Under the pieces are notes generated by a model, which saw only the letters and a program-made list of their open reading frames with translations, was not told the DNA's origin and did not search any database. Positions 1 through 12,400 of a stretch of 64,000 nucleotides of DNA are shown here, piece after piece. How positions within the stretch are numbered: position 1 is the stretch's first letter; the number at the start of each line of letters is the position of its first letter. Source of the DNA: Gammaproteobacteria bacterium (GTDB lineage: Bacteria > Pseudomonadota > Gammaproteobacteria > UBA4575); the NCBI GenBank assembly GCA_965222615.1, contig CBDCUI010000007.1, forward strand, positions 192,001 through 256,000, given 5' to 3'. A program made the translations under genes and the position numbers.

Positions 1-446
1 GTGGCCTCTTGTGTTACTGTGCATGACGTTTGACTTCCAGCAACAGGCGTTAGTGCTGTTGGCCCACTACAGCGGTCAGGAGTTGCATTATTGCATGAAT
101 ATAAACTGGGTCCAGAAACTAATGCCGCAGGATTGCCGCCAATACTTAAACACAAAGCAAAGTTAATATTGCCATCTCCAGGAGTATCGGTATCAAATAG
201 AATACAAGCGTCTCCAGTATTATTGCCTGGCAAACCTGTTTCATCCCAACTAAGTTGCACATCGTAGCTAGTAGGTAAATTACTTTCATCGATACAAAGT
301 TGCGTTAAATCAGATTGGCCATTTTCATCGTTCGCACCCCCAATATCTTTAGAACAAGTAAACGCTGCATATGAAAACGACGAGTATAATATTGTTAATG
401 CTATTAAACCTAAAATCTGTAAAGTTTTTAATAAAATTTTATGCAT
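1..446 (-). CDS. Secreted Cys-rich protein, 5' part only (runs off window start); probably co-transcribed with the giant surface protein
   Basis: Not in the ORF track; translated by hand from ATG 446: MHKILLKTLQILGLIALTILYSSFSYA|AFTCSKDIGGANDENGQSDLTQLCIDES...GDACILFDTDTPGDGNINFALCLS...SCNNATPDRCSGP. Open to position 1, Sec-type signal peptide, 11 bp after the stop of the giant gene. Confidence 0.85.
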   Translation of the reverse strand, partial: MHKILLKTLQILGLIALTILYSSFSYAAFTCSKDIGGANDENGQSDLTQLCIDESNLPTSYDVQLSWDETGLPGNNTGDACILFDTDTPGDGNINFALCLSIGGNPAALVSGPSLYSCNNATPDRCSGPTALTPVAGSQTSCTVTQEA

Positions 447-457
447 AACTAAATTAT

Positions 458-3400
458 TTAATATTTTCCAGTGATATCAAAGAACCAACCATTCGAGTCG
501 TAATCGTTATCGGTTAAGTCATCACTAAAGTCAGTAAAGTTATAACCTGCACCCACTTTTAAGTGATCTCCAATATGGCGATACATACCGACTAGTGCTC
601 CGTCTTTATGGTCGTCGTTTTCTTCGGTTTCTAACCAACGATATTCAAACAATGCATCCCATTTCTTCAGCAAGTGATAACGTGCACGGGCAACGGCTAA
701 GTGTGCACCGGTTTCAAACCATGGACCCGCGCCACGTGTTAAACGCGTATCGCCTGTCTTATAGGCAAGTTTGGCACCTATCTCCCACTTCTGATTCAAG
801 TCATACAACCCTTCAATGGCAAACACATGGCTACGTTGATCAGCCAGCGAGGTGTCTTGACCGGTGGTAGCCAAATCATAAATAAAGGTGTACTTACCCA
901 ACAGATTGAGTCGGTCGTTAAAGGCCGGTCGATAGGCGAAACCTAAATCAAGTTCTACATACTTGCCTTCATCATTGTCATTGGCACTGCTGTGCGTAGT
1001 AGATAAATCAAGTTTACCTAACCAACGCAGGCTTTCACTTTGTTGCCATTCAATAGCATTGGTAGTTAACCATTGTGAAGTGTCTTCATTGCTAGCTTCG
1101 TTTTCGTCTTGGCGATACTCAAGTACGGTTGAGAATTTCAAATCATCATCGATGAATTTCGCACCCAAGGTCGCGGCACGGCGATCAAAATCGCCAGCAT
1201 CTTGTTCGATATCGTTAGTTTGTACTGAAGCTGATAATCTCCACTGCTCAGTCAGGTCGAAATCTAAACCATAGGTGCGAGCAACACTTTGTTCATGTTC
1301 ATGTTCACCTTCACCAAACTGGCTTTCTGAATACAGTGACAGACCATTACCATAACGCTTGCGCGCGCCAAAGGTAAACATGTTTTCAAAACTGTCGGTG
1401 CGATCTGGATCAATTGCATAGCTTCCATATAGTTCGAGTCCATTGGCGGTAGTGTAATTGGTACCCACTTGGTTAACCGCGCCACTTCCAAAACCGGCTT
1501 CCGCACTGATATTAAGATTTGGAGTAATGTCATATTCAAAACCAGCAATTACTGCATCACCTCGATCACCAGTGGCAACCTCACCTTTAACTGCGAGCTT
1601 GTCACTGACTTGTTTCTCTATACCTGCCGTGACTAAATCGTTATCTTCATATTCATCATCTTCTTCGATTACGGTTTGACCGCTCGCATATACATTAGTG
1701 TGTTCATCAAGGTTATAGCGCACTTCTACACCACCTAAAGTGGCTTCACTATCTACCCCAATACCCGAATCGTCCTCATCCTTTTCATGACGGAGCTCAG
1801 CACCAACACTGAGCTTATCGGTAAGCTCGTAGTCGGCTTGAATACTGAGTGTCGTCAATTCATTTTGAGTTTTTCTCTCCAGCTGTGTGGCCCTGGCAGT
1901 TAAACCCAAACGATCGGTCATTAACCACTGTGCTTCAATTCCCGTGTCCGTCGTTTCGATGCCATCATCCAGTCGCGCGGTGGATGAGAACCCTGCATCG
2001 CGGTCTTTCCACCAACCCAGTATATAACCTTCTTGATGATCGCTAAGCTCGGCAAAGTTTATGCGCGCCTCAACCCCTACCGCATTGCCATTTGATCCTG
2101 CATTGCTGGTACTAAGCGTATTAAAACTTATACCGCCGTTCGCAGAGGTAAAGCTATTACTTGCTTGGGCAGCGTCCGATTCGGCATACTCCAGTTTTAG
2201 ATAAGTACCTTTACCAGCACGTAAAGTTACATCGGAACCCTTGAGCTCATAATCAGTTCCATCTCGCTCTTCGTTTACATAAGTGCCGCCGATGGCGATG
2301 TAATCATTTAACCAAGCCTTACCTCGCGCACCCGTAGTGAGATCATCTGCAGTAAAGGCATCCGGTCGATATTCATAATCCACCAACAAGAACACATCAT
2401 CACCTTCCAGCGGTGTTGATTTAATGATGGCGGGTCCGCTACGCAGTTGCACCTGAGATAACGGGCGGGTCAGGATGATACGACCTTGGATATAATCGAT
2501 GTCGTAATCTCGACCATGTTCAAGCACAATATTTTCAACGATTTGTTCGGTATCGCGCCGACGTACTTCTACCCAAACTTTTTCCGAACCTTGCACCACA
2601 TCGGTATCACGCAAGTAGTAAAGTGAACCACCAGTACCTTCAAATTCATTATGTGCCGCAGCAGTTTGTGCTTCACTGGCAAAAGCGTGAATTTCATGCT
2701 TGTGCTCACCAAAGCTGGTGGTGTCTACATTACGGTGTTCAAGCTTGGCACCATACAAGCTACGGTTATATTGCGCGAACTCGGTACCGGTGAGATCGGT
2801 ATTGTAATTACCCCACAAGGCACGACTCTTATCCCAATCGACACGAATATAGAATGCACCTTGACTGTCGGTATCATCGATGGTGGTGGAGTCATCACCA
2901 TAAACTGCATATTGCTGTTCGGGATCGAGCCTTCTGAAAATAGCGCTTGGATCTTCTTCTTCAAGACGATCATGTAATTTATGTAATTCATCTTCGGTAG
3001 TATCTAATTGTGCTGTAACTAAATACTTACCTTTGATTTTACCTTTTAAGTAAAAGGCAACACGGCCATCAACGTAAACTTCTTCATCGAAATGGTCATC
3101 ATCACCTAACGGTTCGACCGAACCGGAAACACTGTTTTCACCGACGGTAAGATTAGCAATACCGACCATGAACATGTATTTACCACTGACATTTACATTT
3201 AAGGTGCGATCGTAATCAATTTCATTGCCGTCACTAACCTTCACCGTTAAATCGTGCTGTCCCACAGGTAAGTGTTGTTCTACAACAAACTTACCTTCTT
3301 CATCTATCACCGCTTTTTCACCATTAATGGTAATGACATAGTCTGTATCGACATCGAGTCCATTTACACGAATGCGCGAACCACTAATTGGTATAGTTTG

Positions 3401-6400
3401 ACGCACTAGACTGGATTCACCATAGGCAGCATTGGCTACTTCGGTTTCATCTACTTCCGGTTCACTAAAGCGTCTTTCAAGATTGGTTAATTCTTTATCG
3501 ACAACCGCAAGCACATGTGGTGCGGTTTCATCTATGCGTCCTTGTTTATCATAGGCCTTTAATACATAAGTTAAGCTTTCACCTGGCTCAAAATATTTCG
3601 CATCGATTTGTTGCGCATTCCATTCTATAGCTTCTGCTAAATAGATCTCCTTACCACTTAAGGTATCGATAGGTGTAATTAAATCGCGATCATCGTGACT
3701 ATAAATTTCCAATTCCCAATGATCGATAAACGCCGCGTAGTTACTGTATAACTGGAAGCGTACAGGTTGCGTAACTTTGCCATTCTCGAACACAACACTA
3801 CCCAGTGCAGTAACATTTAAACGTGGATCAATAATGGCAGGATCTTCTACTGCCCAAATAGCTCCCCCGTTAGGTAATGTAACTTCACGTTTTATGGCCG
3901 GACGTTCTACTGGCACATAATCAACGTTAACAACACGTTTAACTGTGGTTTCATCGTACAGAACTTGTACTTCGACTCTACGATTACGCGCCATTCCCGA
4001 TGCAGTTGCATTAGAAGCTACTGGCACATCCGGACCTTTGCCTTCAATGATGATCTTGCTTTCTTCTAAAGCAAGTGTTGCTTTTAATTGTTCTGCAACT
4101 TGTTCAGCACGCGCAATCGATAAACCATAATTGTCTTTATAGATCGGCTTGATTCTATGCGATAACCTCTGTGGATCAGTATGACCGACAATTTTCACGC
4201 GGATATTTTCTTTATCCTGAAGAGCATCCATCACTTCTTGTAAACGCTTCAGTTGCCTATTGGTTATTTCTGCTTCGCCGGAGCCATAGAAAATCGGACT
4301 GATTACGTTGTTAATTTCTTTTGTTTCAGTAACCTCAGTTTCGTTTTCAACTTTACGTGCAACTCCGAACTGCTTATCGCCATAGGGCACGTCTTGTTGC
4401 GGCAACTTGACACCAAAGTTGAACTTAGACATTAAGGCTTGAGTAATTCGAAGCACACGTGGGTTTTCTGTGGTAAAGGTGCTGCCTTCTGGCAACGTCG
4501 CAGGATCTACTTTAATAATAAAGTTGCGACCGCGTTCCCAACGCCCACCATCGATATCCGCCAAGTGATACCGTCCGTATTGATCCGTTTCTACGATTAA
4601 ACCTTTCACCGTAGCCAAACGAACACCTGGAATACCCATTTCGTGCACACCGAGGTTGATGATAGTGATTACCAAGTCATCTCCCTCGCGTTCACTGCTT
4701 ACTACGATATCTTGTGCAGTGAGTCCTTTGGCTTTCTTACCAACATGTTTTTCTGTGACATTGCCGTCATCATCCACTTTGATGACGGTGCCTTCATCAG
4801 TTACAACATGGAAATTATTGTTGCCCTCAAGGTTAAGCGGCATGTGCACACTGACTTGATGATCTTCAAGTGAATCAAGCACACTGCTACGACCTTTTAT
4901 GGTACCAACAAGATGACTGTTCCAACCAAAGTGATCACTCTTGATTTTCACTCCAGTAGCTGTAGCGCTATCCTGCCAACCATCTTCGTCACTATCGTTA
5001 AAGACTTTTCCTATGATAGTGGTCTTTTGCAAAATCGGATCTTGTACCACGCGCACCGTTGCGCTGGCTGCATTACTAAGCGTAATGCCACCCACACCAC
5101 CAATAACTTGTGCAGTGTTGGTGTATTCACCTTCAACAACACCCGAGCTGACACGTAATAGATAACGAATTAATAAAGTTTCATTGGCTGCGACATCGAT
5201 ATCTTCAAAAGTAATCGGATCTGAACCTGTTACGCTTACAGTGGATTGAATTTCGTCACCCGTGTTGATAATCCCATCCGGACCGGCAGTGATCACTAAT
5301 GCCGAGTCACTTACATAACTAAAGCCAGCAGGAATATTATCGGGCACATCGATATTGGTGAAAGCAATTGCATCTGTGTTTTCAATTTGTAATGTGTATT
5401 GAACCACATCACCAATCACAACCTCGTCTGGTGTAGCCGTCTTCGACAACAACAATGGATTGGTAAACGTCGTACAGTTGGTTAACGGAATATTATTATT
5501 GATAATGAACGGATCACCCGCTTCAATAATAAAGTTTGTATACCACGGTGTATTCGCTGCTGCACTAAAATCAGTTAAAAACCCAGTTGTCCCAGATTCA
5601 TTACCACCCAATGAAGTTGGGTTAGGGCCACCGGTGGGGTCAATTGCCCCTGCAGTCAATCGAGTTGTACTTAAGGTGGTACCCGGCGGAATCGTAATGG
5701 CCATGGTATACGTATCGTTACCGTTAAAGACAGCTTGATAACGACCCGTTGAACCATCTTCAATAGTAGTAACGATACCCGCACCAGTAGGAGTAAAACT
5801 GACATTTCCGCCTGGAATAATCTGACCGGTATCTTCACAATAGAAATAACCGATCGGGTCAAAATCTTGGCAATCTGGGACACCATCCCCATCACGATCA
5901 CCCGTACAAGGCTCTACTAGATCAGGAATACCATCCCCATCGGTATCAATACTAACTAGTACAGAATCCTGATCGTCTTCACTAGGAGTATTATTATTTG
6001 GTGTTGAGTCAGGATCCGGTTGATCACATGCACTGACTTCTGCAGTATTTAAGTATTCTCCCGCAGCGCCCGTTGCAGCATTCACTGTCGCGGTAATATT
6101 TAAAGTCGCATTACCGGAATTGGATATCGTGCCTACCGCCCACACACCAGTAACACTATTATAAGTACCAGAGCTATCATCACTTACATACGTGAAGCCA
6201 ACCGGCAATTGATCGATCACTTCTACATCCGTTGCCGCTCCTGTGCCTGCATTATTCACTGTAATCGTGAAGATAACATTGTCACCAATCGCTGGTGCCG
6301 CACTATTTACAACCTTAGTCAGTGAAAGATCAGCACTATGATTTTGTGCCACCGGCGTGCTCAGCGTCACCGTCGTCGGACCCGGCACTTCGGTACTGGT

Positions 6401-9400
6401 CACACTACCGGTGTTGTCGACACTGCCCGCATCCACTTCCGCTTGCGTCACCACATGCGTACCCGTCAACACACAGGTCGCACTCGCCGCTAAGGTCGCA
6501 CACGTATTCGAGTTCGGCGTTAACAACGCATCACTCACCACCACGTTGTTCAACGTCGTCGTGCCGTCGTTGGTCACCGTCACACTGTACGTTAAGGTGT
6601 CATTTAAGCTGACATCGCCCGAACCGTCTTCATCCGCATGGCTATCCAAGGTCTTGGCAATCGCTAAACTATGATTTTGTGCCACCGGCGTGCTCAGCGT
6701 CACCGTCGTCGGACCCGGCACTTCGGTACTGGTCACACTACCGGTGTTGTCGACACTGCCCGCATCCACTTCCGCTTGCGTCACCACATGCGTACCCGTC
6801 AACACACAGGTCGCACTCGCCGCTAAGGTCGCACACGTATTCGAGTTCGGCGTTAACAACGCATCACTCACCACCACGTTGTTCAACGTCGTCGTGCCGT
6901 CGTTGGTCACCGTCACACTGTACGTTAAGGTGTCATTTAAGCTGACATCGCCCGAACCGTCTTCATCCGCATGGCTATCCAAGGTCTTGGCAATCGCTAA
7001 ACTATGATTTTGTGCCACCGGCGTGCTCAGCGTCACCGTCGTCGGACCCGGCACTTCGGTACTGGTCACACTACCGGTGTTGTCGACACTGCCCGCATCC
7101 ACTTCCGCTTGCGTCACCACATGCGTACCCGTCAACACACAGGTCGCACTCGCCGCTAAGGTCGCACACGTATTCGAGTTCGGCGTTAACAACGCATCAC
7201 TCACCACCACGTTGTTCAACGTCGTCGTGCCGTCGTTGGTCACCGTCACACTGTACGTTAAGGTGTCATTTAAGCTGACATCGCCCGAACCGTCTTCATC
7301 CGCATGGCTATCCAAGGTCTTGGCAATCGCTAAACTATGATTTTGTGCCACCGGCGTGCTCAGCGTCACCGTCGTCGGACCCGGCACTTCGGTACTGGTC
7401 ACACTACCGGTGTTGTCGACACTGCCCGCATCCACTTCCGCTTGCGTCACCACATGCGTACCCGTCAACACACAGGTCGCACTCGCCGCTAAGGTCGCAC
7501 ACGTATTCGAGTTCGGCGTTAACAACGCATCACTCACCACCACGTTGTTCAACGTCGTCGTGCCGTCGTTGGTCACCGTCACACTGTACGTTAAGGTGTC
7601 ATTTAAGCTGACATCGCCCGAACCGTCTTCATCCGCATGGCTATCCAAGGTCTTGGCAATCGCTAAACTATGATTTTGTGCCACCGGCGTGCTCAGCGTC
7701 ACCGTCGTCGGACCCGGCACTTCGGTACTGGTCACACTACCGGTGTTGTCGACACTGCCCGCATCCACTTCCGCTTGCGTCACCACATGCGTACCCGTCA
7801 ACACACAGGTCGCACTCGCCGCTAAGGTCGCACACGTATTCGAGTTCGGCGTTAACAACGCATCACTCACCACCACGTTGTTCAACGTCGTCGTGCCGTC
7901 GTTGGTCACCGTCACACTGTACGTTAAGGTGTCATTTAAGCTGACATCGCCCGAACCGTCTTCATCCGCATGGCTATCCAAGGTCTTGGCAATCGCTAAA
8001 CTATGATTTTGTGCCACCGGCGTGCTCAGCGTCACCGTCGTCGGACCCGGCACTTCGGTACTGGTCACACTACCGGTGTTGTCGACACTGCCCGCATCCA
8101 CTTCCGCTTGCGTCACCACATGCGTACCCGTCAACACACAGGTCGCACTCGCCGCTAAGGTCGCACACGTATTCGAGTTCGGCGTTAACAACGCATCACT
8201 CACCACCACGTTGTTCAACGTCGTCGTGCCGTCGTTGGTCACCGTCACACTGTACGTTAAGGTGTCATTTAAGCTGACATCGCCCGAACCGTCTTCATCC
8301 GCATGGCTATCCAAGGTCTTGGCAATCGCTAAACTATGATTTTGTGCCACCGGCGTGCTCAGCGTCACCGTCGTCGGACCCGGCACTTCGGTACTGGTCA
8401 CACTACCGGTGTTGTCGACACTGCCCGCATCCACTTCCGCTTGCGTCACCACATGCGTACCCGTCAACACACAGGTCGCACTCGCCGCTAAGGTCGCACA
8501 CGTATTCGAGTTCGGCGTTAACAACGCATCACTCACCACCACGTTGTTCAACGTCGTCGTGCCGTCGTTGGTCACCGTCACACTGTACGTTAAGGTGTCA
8601 TTTAAGCTGACATCGCCCGAACCGTCTTCATCCGCATGGCTATCCAAGGTCTTGGCAATCGCTAAACTATGATTTTGTGCCACCGGCGTGCTCAGCGTCA
8701 CCGTCGTCGGACCCGGCACTTCGGTACTGGTCACACTACCGGTGTTGTCGACACTGCCCGCATCCACTTCCGCTTGCGTCACCACATGCGTACCCGTCAA
8801 CACACAGGTCGCACTCGCCGCTAAGGTCGCACACGTATTCGAGTTCGGCGTTAACAACGCATCACTCACCACCACGTTGTTCAACGTCGTCGTGCCGTCG
8901 TTGGTCACCGTCACACTGTACGTTAAGGTGTCATTTAAGCTGACATCGCCCGAACCGTCTTCATCCGCATGGCTATCCAAGGTCTTGGCAATCGCTAAAC
9001 TATGATTTTGTGCCACCGGCGTGCTCAGCGTCACCGTCGTCGGACCCGGCACTTCGGTACTGGTCACACTACCGGTGTTGTCGACACTGCCCGCATCCAC
9101 TTCCGCTTGCGTCACCACATGCGTACCCGTCAACACACAGGTCGCACTCGCCGCTAAGGTCGCACACGTATTCGAGTTCGGCGTTAACAACGCATCACTC
9201 ACCACCACGTTGTTCAACGTCGTCGTGCCGTCGTTGGTCACCGTCACACTGTACGTTAAGGTGTCATTTAAGCTGACATCGCCCGAACCGTCTTCATCCG
9301 CATGGCTATCCAAGGTCTTGGCAATCGCTAAACTATGATTTTGTGCCACCGGCGTGCTCAGCGTCACCGTCGTCGGACCCGGCACTTCGGTACTGGTCAC

Positions 9401-12400
9401 ACTACCGGTGTTGTCGACACTGCCCGCATCCACTTCCGCTTGCGTCACCACATGCGTACCCGTCAACACACAGGTCGCACTCGCCGCTAAGGTCGCACAC
9501 GTATTCGAGTTCGGCGTTAACAACGCATCACTCACCACCACGTTGTTCAACGTCGTCGTGCCGTCGTTGGTCACCGTCACACTGTACGTTAAGGTGTCAT
9601 TTAAGCTGACATCGCCCGAACCGTCTTCATCCGCATGGCTATCCAAGGTCTTGGCAATCGCTAAACTATGATTTTGTGCCACCGGCGTGCTCAGCGTCAC
9701 CGTCGTCGGACCCGGCACTTCGGTACTGGTCACACTACCGGTGTTGTCGACACTGCCCGCATCCACTTCCGCTTGCGTCACCACATGCGTACCCGTCAAC
9801 ACACAGGTCGCACTCGCCGCTAAGGTCGCACACGTATTCGAGTTCGGCGTTAACAACGCATCACTCACCACCACGTTGTTCAACGTCGTCGTGCCGTCGT
9901 TGGTCACCGTCACACTGTACGTTAAGGTGTCATTTAAGCTGACATCGCCCGAACCGTCTTCATCCGCATGGCTATCCAAGGTCTTGGCAATCGCTAAACT
10001 ATGATTTTGTGCCACCGGCGTGCTCAGCGTCACCGTCGTCGGACCCGGCACTTCGGTACTGGTCACACTACCGGTGTTGTCGACACTGCCCGCATCCACT
10101 TCCGCTTGCGTCACCACATGCGTACCCGTCAACACACAGGTCGCACTCGCCGCTAAGGTCGCACACGTATTCGAGTTCGGCGTTAACAACGCATCACTCA
10201 CCACCACGTTGTTCAACGTCGTCGTGCCGTCGTTGGTCACCGTCACACTGTACGTTAAGGTGTCATTTAAGCTGACATCGCCCGAACCGTCTTCATCCGC
10301 ATGGCTATCCAAGGTCTTGGCAATCGCTAAACTATGATTTTGTGCCACCGGCGTGCTCAGCGTCACCGTCGTCGGACCCGGCACTTCGGTACTGGTCACA
10401 CTACCGGTGTTGTCGACACTGCCCGCATCCACTTCCGCTTGCGTCACCACATGCGTACCCGTCAACACACAGGTCGCACTCGCCGCTAAGGTCGCACACG
10501 TATTCGAGTTCGGCGTTAACAACGCATCACTCACCACCACGTTGTTCAACGTCGTCGTGCCGTCGTTGGTCACCGTCACACTGTACGTTAAGGTGTCATT
10601 TAAGCTGACATCGCCCGAACCGTCTTCATCCGCATGGCTATCCAAGGTCTTGGCAATCGCTAAACTATGATTTTGTGCCACCGGCGTGCTCAGCGTCACC
10701 GTCGTCGGACCCGGCACTTCGGTACTGGTCACACTACCGGTGTTGTCGACACTGCCCGCATCCACTTCCGCTTGCGTCACCACATGCGTACCCGTCAACA
10801 CACAGGTCGCACTCGCCGCTAAGGTCGCACACGTATTCGAGTTCGGCGTTAACAACGCATCACTCACCACCACGTTGTTCAACGTCGTCGTGCCGTCGTT
10901 GGTCACCGTCACACTGTACGTTAAGGTGTCATTTAAGCTGACATCGCCCGAACCGTCTTCATCCGCATGGCTATCCAAGGTCTTGGCAATCGCTAAACTA
11001 TGATTTTGTGCCACCGGCGTGCTCAGCGTCACCGTCGTCGGACCCGGCACTTCGGTACTGGTCACACTACCGGTGTTGTCGACACTGCCCGCATCCACTT
11101 CCGCTTGCGTCACCACATGCGTACCCGTCAACACACAGGTCGCACTCGCCGCTAAGGTCGCACACGTATTCGAGTTCGGCGTTAACAACGCATCACTCAC
11201 CACCACGTTGTTCAACGTCGTCGTGCCGTCGTTGGTCACCGTCACACTGTACGTTAAGGTGTCATTTAAGCTGACATCGCCCGAACCGTCTTCATCCGCA
11301 TGGCTATCCAAGGTCTTGGCAATCGCTAAACTATGATTTTGTGCCACCGGCGTGCTCAGCGTCACCGTCGTCGGACCCGGCACTTCGGTACTGGTCACAC
11401 TACCGGTGTTGTCGACACTGCCCGCATCCACTTCCGCTTGCGTCACCACATGCGTACCCGTCAACACACAGGTCGCACTCGCCGCTAAGGTCGCACACGT
11501 ATTCGAGTTCGGCGTTAACAACGCATCACTCACCACCACGTTGTTCAACGTCGTCGTGCCGTCGTTGGTCACCGTCACACTGTACGTTAAGGTGTCATTT
11601 AAGCTGACATCGCCCGAACCGTCTTCATCCGCATGGCTATCCAAGGTCTTGGCAATCGCTAAACTATGATTTTGTGCCACCGGCGTGCTCAGCGTCACCG
11701 TCGTCGGACCCGGCACTTCGGTACTGGTCACACTACCGGTGTTGTCGACACTGCCCGCATCCACTTCCGCTTGCGTCACCACATGCGTACCCGTCAACAC
11801 ACAGGTCGCACTCGCCGCTAAGGTCGCACACGTATTCGAGTTCGGCGTTAACAACGCATCACTCACCACCACGTTGTTCAACGTCGTCGTGCCGTCGTTG
11901 GTCACCGTCACACTGTACGTTAAGGTGTCATTTAAGCTGACATCGCCCGAACCGTCTTCATCCGCATGGCTATCCAAGGTCTTGGCAATCGCTAAACTAT
12001 GATTTTGTGCCACCGGCGTGCTCAGCGTCACCGTCGTCGGACCCGGCACTTCGGTACTGGTCACACTACCGGTGTTGTCGACACTGCCCGCATCCACTTC
12101 CGCTTGCGTCACCACATGCGTACCCGTCAACACACAGGTCGCACTCGCCGCTAAGGTCGCACACGTATTCGAGTTCGGCGTTAACAACGCATCACTCACC
12201 ACCACGTTGTTCAACGTCGTCGTGCCGTCGTTGGTCACCGTCACACTGTACGTTAAGGTGTCATTTAAGCTGACATCGCCCGAACCGTCTTCATCCGCAT
12301 GGCTATCCAAGGTCTTGGCAATCGCTAAACTATGATTTTGTGCCACCGGCGTGCTCAGCGTCACCGTCGTCGGACCCGGCACTTCGGTACTGGTCACACT

